Source of the DNA: Clostridia bacterium
GTDB taxonomy: Bacteria; Bacillota; Clostridia; Christensenellales; CAG-138
NCBI GenBank assembly: GCA_045652385.1
Contig: JAZRUD010000056.1
Location: 1-32,786 of the forward strand
Length of the DNA stretch: 32,786 bases
Direction of reading: 5' to 3'
In this document: positions 1 through 7,600 of the stretch, piece after piece
Layout: each line of letters starts with the position of its first letter
Numbering within the stretch: the stretch's first letter is position 1
Notes under the pieces: model-generated
Told to the model about the DNA's origin: nothing
The model's input: only the letters and a program-made list of their open reading frames with translations
The model's database searches: none
Made by a program: the position numbers and the translations under genes

Positions 1-127
1 TGTGTGAATGTTGTCTTCCTAAGCCCGCTTGGCCTCCGACTTCTTTGAAAAAGCGCGCCGAGGTCGCGGAGCCCGCGCGGTCACGGGCGCGCGACAATGA
101 AGAAACAGCTTTTTATAGCCCAAAAAT

Positions 128-151
128 GATGCTGAAAAGCATCGTTTTTTT
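128..151 (+). terminator. Rho-independent terminator-like hairpin upstream of terS
   Basis: Stem gatgct/agcatc with a gaaa loop, followed by gttttttt. Confidence 0.6.
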
Positions 152-174
152 GCATGAGATGACGGGAGGATGCC

Positions 175-624
175 ATGAGAAAAACGGGAGACAAACAGAT
201 CCCGGCGGAGATGGCAGACGAAAAGCCGGCCGGAAAGAACGCGAGCCAGTCGAAAAAGAGATCGAAGGCAAAGAGACCGAATGAAAAGCTTTCGCCGGCA
301 TCGATTTACAGAAAGATGATCGCATTCGGGAAGACCTACCAGGTCGAAAAGGAGCAAGATTTCCTGGAAGCGGCGAGAATCTACGCGGAGGAGGCAGGTC
401 TGATAGACCAGATGCGGGACAAACTGGCGGAGGACGGGCTGACCGTTCTGAAGACCTACAAGACCGGTGACGTGGAAGTGGCCCACCCGCTGCTGAGCGA
501 GCTCCCGCGCCACGTGGAAAGCGCCAACAAGTGCCTGAGCACGATCGGGAACATGATCAGTGAGCGCGGGGCGAGAGTCGAGAAGGCGAAGCGCGACCTG
601 GACAAGTTCCGCATGAACGCGTGA
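175..624 (+). CDS. terS: Terminase small subunit (P27-like)
   Basis: 149 aa with a basic N-terminus, immediately upstream of terL and downstream of the HNH gene across the window ends. RBS gggagga lies before the ATG. The family call is from memory of P27-type terS proteins. Confidence 0.7.
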   Translation: MRKTGDKQIPAEMADEKPAGKNASQSKKRSKAKRPNEKLSPASIYRKMIAFGKTYQVEKEQDFLEAARIYAEEAGLIDQMRDKLAEDGLTVLKTYKTGDVEVAHPLLSELPRHVESANKCLSTIGNMISERGARVEKAKRDLDKFRMNA

Positions 625-715
625 GGCGGGAGACGGGCATGGGGTAAAGAATGTTGCCGACCTGACGCTGGCGAGCGCGATCCTGCAATACTGGAACGAG
701 ATCATCAGCGGCGGT

Positions 716-2380
716 GTGGCCGTCGGGAAATGGATCAGGCTGCTGTATGACGTGATCCTCCAGGGGCTGACGGAGCACCGGTGGTATTACAGCCGGAAAC
801 GGGCCGAAAACGCGGTGCAGTTCATCGAGAGATACTGCCACCATTACAAGGGCCGCCTGGCGCCGCAGCGGATCAAGCTGAACCTGTGGGAACGGGCCAC
901 GATCGAGCTGATCTTCGGGATAGTCGACGACCGCGTGCGGCGGGTATTTGTTGAGGTATTCCTTGTCATCGGCCGGAAGCAGGGCAAGACGATTCTGTGC
1001 GCGGCCATCTGCACGTACCTGGCATACTGCGGGGAATACGGATCTGAGTGCTACGCACTCGCGCCGAAGATTGACCAGTCGGATCTGCTGTTCTCAGCGG
1101 TCGAGTATAACGTGCACGCGGAGCCGGAGCTGGACTCGATCACGCGAAGCACGAAGTACCGGGGCCTGTTCATCCAGGAGACGAACACGACCATCAAAAA
1201 GCTGGCGTTCTCCAGTAAAAAATCAGACGGTTATAACCCGATGTTCTGGAGCGCGGACGAGGTGGCCGCATGGCCCGGAGTGGCGGGCCTGCGGCAGTGG
1301 GAAGTCATGGTATCCGGTACCGGCGCACGTGAGGAGCCGCTGGGCATCGCCCTCAGCTCCGGCGGCTATGAGAACGAGGGACTGTTTGACGAGCTGATGA
1401 AGCGCGGCACGGCGTTCCTGATGGGGAACAGCCGGGAGAAGCACCTGCTGCCGATCCTGTACATGATCGACGATCCGGCAAAATGGGACAACCTGGACGA
1501 GCTGGAGAAGAGCCTGCCGGGCCTGGGTGAGAGCGTGAGCCGGGACTTCATCCGGAAAGAGATTGACGTCGCTCACGAATCCATCTCGAAAGAGATTGAG
1601 TTCAAGACAAAATACTGCAACCTGAAGCAGAACATCAGCACGGCCTGGCTTCGGGCGGAGGACATCGAGAAGGCCTTCGGGTGGCGGAAGCCGCTGGAGG
1701 AGATTCGCAATCATTACTGCGTGGTCGGCATCGACTTATCGCAGAGCACAGACCTGACCAGCGCGTGCCTGGTATGCGAGGCGGATGGCGTGCTGTGGGT
1801 GCACAGTCACTTCTGGCTGCCGAAGAACAGGCTGGCGGAAGCGACGAAACGCGACCAGATCCCGTATGAGATCTACATCAAAAAGGGCTTCCTGAGCCTC
1901 AGCGGTGAGGAGTTCATCAATAACGACGACGTGCTGGCCTGGTGCATGGACCTGGTGCGGAAGTACAAGGTATACCCGCTGATGGTCGGATATGACCGGT
2001 GGGGCAGCCAGGAGCTGGTGCAGAAGCTGAACGCGAAGAGCTTCAAGACCGACACCGTGACTCAGGGGTTTAACCTGAACAACGTTGAGGACACCTTTGA
2101 GGGGATGCTCAGGGAGGGGCGGATCCGGGACATGGACGACAACGACCTGCTGAAGATCCACATGGCGGACAGCGCCCAGCAGCAGGAAAGCAACACAGAG
2201 AACGCGCATCCGAGAAAGAAACTGGTGAAGCTGTCGAGCCGCGCACACGTAGACGGAATGGCGGCCATCCTGGACGCGATGGCCATGAGGCTATTCAAAT
2301 GGTCGGAGCTTGGGTCAAGGCTTGAGAACAAGGGCAAGCGGAAGAACGAGGCAGCGGAGGCCGGGGAGAGCGGAAGCTGA
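716..2380 (+). CDS. terL: Terminase large subunit (Terminase_1-like)
   Basis: 554 aa with a P-loop-like VIGRKQGKT and a nuclease-region VVGIDLSQSTD. It sits between terS and the portal gene. The start is uncertain: the frame is open from 617 and encodes terL-like residues upstream of the GTG at 716. Confidence 0.9.
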   Translation: MAVGKWIRLLYDVILQGLTEHRWYYSRKRAENAVQFIERYCHHYKGRLAPQRIKLNLWERATIELIFGIVDDRVRRVFVEVFLVIGRKQGKTILCAAICTYLAYCGEYGSECYALAPKIDQSDLLFSAVEYNVHAEPELDSITRSTKYRGLFIQETNTTIKKLAFSSKKSDGYNPMFWSADEVAAWPGVAGLRQWEVMVSGTGAREEPLGIALSSGGYENEGLFDELMKRGTAFLMGNSREKHLLPILYMIDDPAKWDNLDELEKSLPGLGESVSRDFIRKEIDVAHESISKEIEFKTKYCNLKQNISTAWLRAEDIEKAFGWRKPLEEIRNHYCVVGIDLSQSTDLTSACLVCEADGVLWVHSHFWLPKNRLAEATKRDQIPYEIYIKKGFLSLSGEEFINNDDVLAWCMDLVRKYKVYPLMVGYDRWGSQELVQKLNAKSFKTDTVTQGFNLNNVEDTFEGMLREGRIRDMDDNDLLKIHMADSAQQQESNTENAHPRKKLVKLSSRAHVDGMAAILDAMAMRLFKWSELGSRLENKGKRKNEAAEAGESGS

Positions 2381-3621
2381 TGACTGAAGCCGGCGCCGGA
2401 GAGCAGCTGAGCGGGAAGGTGAACAGTATGGGAATGTTTGAGAAGATCTTTGGCAAAAAGGACCAGACCGGGCAGATGAAAAACGCACAGGTCTTCCGGA
2501 TGCTGGAGGGATATACGCCGGTATTTACAACGTTTCAGGGCTCCGTGTATGAAAGCGAGCTGATCCGGGCAAGCCTGGACGCGTGGGGACGGCACGCGGC
2601 GAAGACAAAGCCGAATGTAAAGGGCAGCGCGCTTGAGGCGCTGAAGAACAGGCTGAAGGTCAGGCCGAACTCGTTCCAGGAGTGGAGCAAGTTCCTCTAC
2701 CAGACAGCCACCGTGCTGGGCGCCAGGAACAACGCCTTCATCGTGAAGACACGGGAGGAAAGCGACGGGACGACGAACGGGATTATCGGGATCGTTCCGG
2801 AAAGCTGGCAGATGATCGAATATAACAACGAGCCATGGATCCGGTTTTTCCTGTCAAACGGGAAACGGAGGGCCGAACGGCTGGCGGACGTCGGGATCAT
2901 GACGCGGTTCCAGTACAGGAGCGAGCTTTTCGGGGAGGACAACGAGGCGCTCAGGCCCGTGCTGGATCTGATCGGGATGCAGCGGCAGGGAATCAACGAG
3001 GGAATCAAAAACGGAGCCAGCTACCGGTTCAGCGCGCAGAGCGACAACTGGGCCAGCGATGAGGACCTGGCCGCGGAGATGGAGCGGTTCAACAAGTTTA
3101 CCTTCGGGAACAAAAAGGGATCCGGGGGCGTGATCCTTTTTCCGAACACGTACAACAACGTCACCCAGCTGAAGCAGGAGGGGTACAAGATCGACGCGGA
3201 TCAGCAGAACCACATCCGCGAAAACGTGTTCAACTACTTCGGCGTGAACGAGAATATCCTGCAAAACAAGGCCTTCGGCGACGAGTGGCTGGCCTTCTAT
3301 GAGGGATTTGTCGAATGGTTCGCGATTCAGCTCGGTGAAGTGATCAGCGGGATGCTGTACACAGACCGGGAGAGGGTCAGCTATCAGAACCAGGTATTTT
3401 TCACCAGCAACCGGCTGCAGTACATGAGCAACGCAGACAAGCTGAACGCGGTGACGCAGCTGGGGGACCGGGGACTGGCGACGCGGAACGAGCTGAGGGA
3501 GATCCTGAACCTGGAGCCGCTGCCGGCGCCGTTCGGGGATCAGATCCCGGCGCGCGGCGAGTATTACGACGTGACGAACCCGCCGGACGGAAAGACCGGG
3601 GACGGGACGAATGATGAATGA
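2380..3621 (+). CDS. Portal protein (HK97 family)
   Basis: 413 aa, located after terL and before the prohead protease. Its start overlaps the terL stop by 1 nt. Confidence 0.88.
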   Translation: MTEAGAGEQLSGKVNSMGMFEKIFGKKDQTGQMKNAQVFRMLEGYTPVFTTFQGSVYESELIRASLDAWGRHAAKTKPNVKGSALEALKNRLKVRPNSFQEWSKFLYQTATVLGARNNAFIVKTREESDGTTNGIIGIVPESWQMIEYNNEPWIRFFLSNGKRRAERLADVGIMTRFQYRSELFGEDNEALRPVLDLIGMQRQGINEGIKNGASYRFSAQSDNWASDEDLAAEMERFNKFTFGNKKGSGGVILFPNTYNNVTQLKQEGYKIDADQQNHIRENVFNYFGVNENILQNKAFGDEWLAFYEGFVEWFAIQLGEVISGMLYTDRERVSYQNQVFFTSNRLQYMSNADKLNAVTQLGDRGLATRNELREILNLEPLPAPFGDQIPARGEYYDVTNPPDGKTGDGTNDE

Positions 3622-3659
3622 TGATGATTCGTACAGACGAAACGAGGAGGGAAGCGGAA

Positions 3660-4292
3660 ATGCCGGTAAATGTGAAGGACCGGGAATACAGGATGATCAA
3701 CGTGGCCGAACTCGAGGTGCGGGAAGCGGACGACGGGAAGAAGATCGTCGAAGGCTACGCGACGACATTCGACCAGGAGTACGAGCTGTGGGGAAGCGAA
3801 CGGTACAGAGTGCTCGAGAGCATTGGGCGGAACGCGTTCGACAAGGCGGACATGCGGGACGTGATCATGCAGTACGACCATGAGGGCCGGGTGTTCGCAA
3901 GGCTGAGCAACGGCACCCTGGAGCTGAAGGCAGATGATCACGGGCTGAAGATCCACGCGGATCTGGGCGGCACCGAGATCGGCAGGCAGCTGTACGAGGA
4001 GATCAGGGGCGGGTATACCACCCGGATGAGCTTCGGGTTCTCCGTAGGGAAGGAAGAGAGAACCGAGGAGCGGGACGAGGTGAAGGACACCGTAACGGTG
4101 CACCGGAAGATCACACAGATCAAAAAACTTTATGACGTTTCTGCCGTGTCGCTGCCAGCTAACGACGCGACTGAAATATCCGCACGGAACATCGGCGAGG
4201 GAGTGATCGCCGAAGTGATGCAGGAGCTGCAGGCCATCGAGGCCCGGAAGCGGGAGAAGGAAAAGATCACTCTGATGGCAGAGATGATCTGA
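3660..4292 (+). CDS. Prohead maturation protease (HK97 / S78 family)
   Basis: Motifs IVEGYATTF, MQYDHEG (His) and RMSFGFSV (Ser). The strong RBS gaggaggg 8 nt before ATG 3660 is preferred over the ORF-track start at 3618. Confidence 0.85.
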   Translation: MPVNVKDREYRMINVAELEVREADDGKKIVEGYATTFDQEYELWGSERYRVLESIGRNAFDKADMRDVIMQYDHEGRVFARLSNGTLELKADDHGLKIHADLGGTEIGRQLYEEIRGGYTTRMSFGFSVGKEERTEERDEVKDTVTVHRKITQIKKLYDVSAVSLPANDATEISARNIGEGVIAEVMQELQAIEARKREKEKITLMAEMI

Positions 4293-4359
4293 CAGGACCG
4301 GCAGAGGCCGGGAGAAGGGCGACGGGAAAACCGGAGCCGGAAAGAAAGGAGTTTAAACC

Positions 4360-5514
4360 ATGAAGTACAAGACCATGAAAGAGATCGAGACCCGCAAGGC
4401 CGAGATCCTGCAGGAGATGGAGCAGGAAGGCGCGGATCTGGAAGCCCTGAAGAGGGAAATGGACGAGCTGAGGACGAACGCGGATCAGATCCGCCAGGCC
4501 GCAGCGACCGCGGAGGAGACCCGCAAGGCCATCGCCAGCGGCGCGGCCGGCATCACCGTGGGCGAGACCCGGAAGGCTGAGCAGACCGCGAAGACCGTGG
4601 ACGAGATCCGCGGGAGCGAGGAGTACGTGCAGGCGTTCGCCCGTTATCTGATCAGCGAGGATCCGCGCGAATGCCGCGCCCTGCTGACGAGCAACGCGAC
4701 CTCGGGCGGCCAGCTGCCCGTGCCCACCCTGGTGGACACCATTATCCGCACGGAGTGGGAGAAGGACGAGATCCTGAGCCGCGTACGCAAGACCAGCTTC
4801 CGCGGGAACCTGAAGGTACCGTTCGAGCGCGCGGCGGATCCGGCCTACGAGCACGAGGAAGGCACGACCGCGATCACCGAGGAAGACCTGACCCTGGGCG
4901 TCGTCGAGCTGAAGCCGAAGAACATCAAGAAGTTCATCCGGCTGTCCGACGAAATCGTCGCGATCGGCGGCGAGCCGCTGGTCAGCTATGTCTACCGTGA
5001 GCTGGCCCATCAGATCATCAAGCTGCTGAGCAAGAAGGCCATCACGGCTGTCGCCGCCGCGGGCACCAGCCATACCGGCAGCGCCATCGGCATCCCGAAG
5101 ATCGAGGGATCGCCGCATCTTTGCGTCGTCGTGGACGCGGAGGCCGAGCTGACCGACGAGGCGGAGAACATCGTCGTGATCATCAACCGCAAGACCGCCG
5201 CAGCCTTCCACGCGGCCCGGGTTGCCGGGAACTTCTCGGTGGATCCGTATGACGGCCTGACCGTGCTGTACACCAGCGCGCTGCCGGCGTACTCCAGCGC
5301 GGAGGGCAACGCCGTGTGGATGATCGTCGGCGACCTCGACGGCCTGCAGGTGAACTATCCCGAAGGCGAGGGCATCGTCACCAAGTATGACGACGTGACC
5401 GAAGCCGAGGCCGACATGGTCAAGGTGCACGGCCGCCAGTACGCCGGTTACGGCGTGACCGGCCCCGGACGCTTCTGCAACGTGAAGAAGGCCAGCGGCG
5501 GCGGCACGACCTGA
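4360..5514 (+). CDS. Major capsid protein (HK97 fold) with an N-terminal coiled-coil delta domain
   Basis: 384 aa with a charged helical N-terminal region of about 100 aa, followed by a capsid body. It follows the protease, has RBS aaaggag, and ends ...KKASGGGTT. Confidence 0.9.
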   Translation: MKYKTMKEIETRKAEILQEMEQEGADLEALKREMDELRTNADQIRQAAATAEETRKAIASGAAGITVGETRKAEQTAKTVDEIRGSEEYVQAFARYLISEDPRECRALLTSNATSGGQLPVPTLVDTIIRTEWEKDEILSRVRKTSFRGNLKVPFERAADPAYEHEEGTTAITEEDLTLGVVELKPKNIKKFIRLSDEIVAIGGEPLVSYVYRELAHQIIKLLSKKAITAVAAAGTSHTGSAIGIPKIEGSPHLCVVVDAEAELTDEAENIVVIINRKTAAAFHAARVAGNFSVDPYDGLTVLYTSALPAYSSAEGNAVWMIVGDLDGLQVNYPEGEGIVTKYDDVTEAEADMVKVHGRQYAGYGVTGPGRFCNVKKASGGGTT

Positions 5515-5531
5515 TGACGGAGGGCTGACTG

Positions 5532-5798
5532 ATGAAGATTAAACTGATCAGGGCAGCCAGGATCCGGCATAACGCCGGGGAGGTGGTGGACGCCTCCCCG
5601 GCGGAGGCCGGATATCTTATCTCGACCGGATGCGCCGTGGCTTTCACGGAGCCGAAGGCGAGGGAGATCCCGGAAATGGTAACCGCGGAGAACCCGGAGG
5701 CGGCGGAGGCCGCGGAGAACCCGGAGGAAACGGCGGCCGCGGAGACGCCGGAGAAGCCGAAGAGGCAGACGAGCCGGAGAACGGCGGCGAAGAAGTAA
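5532..5798 (+). CDS. Small head-module protein with an acidic ENPEE/AAA repeat tail and a basic C-terminus
   Basis: 88 aa with RBS ggaggg. The N-terminal ~45 aa (MKIKLIRAARIRHNAGEVVD...) resemble the small proteins that commonly follow capsid genes. The tail is ENPEAAEAAENPEETAAAETPEKPKRQTSRRTAAKK. Confidence 0.6.
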   Translation: MKIKLIRAARIRHNAGEVVDASPAEAGYLISTGCAVAFTEPKAREIPEMVTAENPEAAEAAENPEETAAAETPEKPKRQTSRRTAAKK

Positions 5799-5953
5799 AG
5801 CGGGACGCATGAAGAAGCTGCAGAACCCGGAGGAAACGGCAGCCGCCGAGAACCCGGAGGAAGCGGCGGCCGCGGAAACGCCGGAGAAGCCGAAGAGGCA
5901 GACGAGCCGGAGAACGGCGGCTAAGAAGTAAAGGGGGACGCATGAAGAAGCTG
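5688..5953 (+). repeat. Tandem duplication, 2 x 133 bp (5688-5820 and 5821-5953), with about 11 mismatches
   Basis: Direct alignment by eye. Each copy runs from the ENPEE repeat tail through the stop codon, the RBS and ATGAAGAAGCTG. Confidence 0.9.
5809..5931 (+). CDS. 40-aa chimeric ORF created by the duplication (MKKL + acidic/basic tail)
   Basis: It encodes MKKLQNPEETAAAENPEEAAAAETPEKPKRQTSRRTAAKK. It uses the duplicated RBS (aagcggga) and the first four codons of the downstream glycosyltransferase gene. Expression is unknown. Confidence 0.3.
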   Translation: MKKLQNPEETAAAENPEEAAAAETPEKPKRQTSRRTAAKK

Positions 5954-6559
5954 TTCAAGCTGATGATCGGTGTGCCGTGCACGGATTACATGCACGCGGA
6001 TTTCGTGAAGAGCCTCGTAAATCTGAACACGCGCATGATCCGCGAGGGGATCAGCTGCAAGGTGGAGATCATGGCCGGGACGCTGGTGTATTTCGCGAGA
6101 AACAGGCTGGCCTGCCGGGCGATCAACGAGGGATTCACACACCTGCTTTTCATCGATTCCGACATGGTTTTCGACGAGAGCACGGTGGAAGCGCTGAGAT
6201 TCAGCGGGAAGGACTTCGTATGCGGAGCCTTTCAGAGCCGGAGGCCGCCGTACGGCAGCTGCGTATTTACCAGCCTCAAGCCCCTTGAGAAGGTCAGGGA
6301 ATACGGGGCGGAGCCCTTCCGGGTGGAGGGATGCGGCATGGCCATGACCATGATCAGCACCGAGATCCTGAAAAGGGTGCAGGAGAAATATGGCAACTGC
6401 TTCGACCCTGAGACGCTGGACGGCGTCAGCTACGGCGAGGACCTGGCCTTCTGCTGGAGGGCGAAACAGACCGGAGCCGAGATCTGGTGCGAACCGACCG
6501 CGCGGGTCGGGCACATCGCGCATGTGCCGATATGGCCCGGAGAGGAGCCTGCGACATGA
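5942..6559 (+). CDS. GT-A fold glycosyltransferase-like protein (GT2-like)
   Basis: 205 aa with DxD motif LLFIDSDMVF and downstream acidic motif YGEDLAFCWRAKQTGAEIW, both typical of GT2 enzymes. RBS aaggggga. No signal peptide or TM segment. Confidence 0.72.
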   Translation: MKKLFKLMIGVPCTDYMHADFVKSLVNLNTRMIREGISCKVEIMAGTLVYFARNRLACRAINEGFTHLLFIDSDMVFDESTVEALRFSGKDFVCGAFQSRRPPYGSCVFTSLKPLEKVREYGAEPFRVEGCGMAMTMISTEILKRVQEKYGNCFDPETLDGVSYGEDLAFCWRAKQTGAEIWCEPTARVGHIAHVPIWPGEEPAT

Positions 6560-7269
6560 AGAAAATACTGATCTGCGCGCCGCTGAGGCAGGACGTGGAC
6601 ATATTTGAGGCATTCCAGGACGGGCTGGACCGGATGAGGATACCGGAGGGGTATCAGGCGGACCGGTACTGGGTCGTAAACGACTGCAGGGAGGTCATCC
6701 CGCACATCCGGGACGCGGAGTACGAATACCTGGAGACGGGGGAGGCCTACCGGAAGACGGGGAACGACCACCTGTGGAGCCTCGAGCTGATGCTGAAGAT
6801 GGGAGATCTCAGGAACAGGACGATCCGACGCATGCTGGACGGAGGATACGATTACTGGCTGAGCATCGACACCGACATCATCCCGGATCCGGGGACGCTG
6901 GAGACGCTGATCCGGGCAGACAAGGATATCGTAAGCGAGATCTTCTGGACGCAGGCGCCGGGCGGAGGATGGTGGTGCAACGCATGGATGCACGACCAGA
7001 GCGCGGGGATGCCGGAGGAATGGAAACGCCCGGGGCTTTACCGGTGCGGGATGACAGGGGCGCTGACGCTGGTCAGGCGCAGCGTATTCGAGGCCGGAGT
7101 GAGCTACGCGCAGATCCCGAACATTTATACGGCGCTGAGGGGGGAAGACCGGCACTTCTGCGTAAGAGCGGCGTGCGCGGGCTTCGAGCTTTGGGTGGAC
7201 AGCCACTGCCCGGCGAGGCACCTGTACACCCGGAAACTGTACGAGGAATACATGGCGGGGAGGACGTGA
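6556..7269 (+). CDS. Second GT-A fold glycosyltransferase-like protein
   Basis: 237 aa counted from ATG 6556, which forms an ATGA overlap with the upstream stop. DxD-like WLSIDTDIIP and RGEDRHFCVRAACAGFELW occur in the same order as in the preceding gene. Confidence 0.62.
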   Translation: MKKILICAPLRQDVDIFEAFQDGLDRMRIPEGYQADRYWVVNDCREVIPHIRDAEYEYLETGEAYRKTGNDHLWSLELMLKMGDLRNRTIRRMLDGGYDYWLSIDTDIIPDPGTLETLIRADKDIVSEIFWTQAPGGGWWCNAWMHDQSAGMPEEWKRPGLYRCGMTGALTLVRRSVFEAGVSYAQIPNIYTALRGEDRHFCVRAACAGFELWVDSHCPARHLYTRKLYEEYMAGRT

Positions 7270-7272
7270 AGC

Positions 7273-7596
7273 ATGTTCAGTGAGGTAAAGGACAGCCTGC
7301 CGGTCAGCGGGAACGGATACGACGGACAGATCATCCGGGAGATCCGCGCGGCGGTGCTGGACCTGACAACGAGCACCGAGATCCGGCTGCCGGGCGCGGT
7401 TGACATCACGCGGGACGAGGAAACCGGGGTGATCACGGACAACAGCACGATCCGGGACGACCTGGTGATCGCGGCGATCGCGACCTGGTGCAACATGCGG
7501 ATCGGAAACCCGCCGAATTACGAAAACCTGCTGAAGGCCTACGAAAGCCTGAAGGGGCAGATGAGGCTGAGCAGGAGCTACGGCGGACAGGGGTGA
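7273..7596 (+). CDS. Head-tail connector protein (gp6-like)
   Basis: 107 aa in the first position of the neck block. The helical pattern ...DDLVIAAIATWCNMRIGNPPNYENLLKAYESLK... is typical of Phage_connect_1-type proteins. Confidence 0.65.
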   Translation: MFSEVKDSLPVSGNGYDGQIIREIRAAVLDLTTSTEIRLPGAVDITRDEETGVITDNSTIRDDLVIAAIATWCNMRIGNPPNYENLLKAYESLKGQMRLSRSYGGQG

Positions 7597-7600
7597 GACG

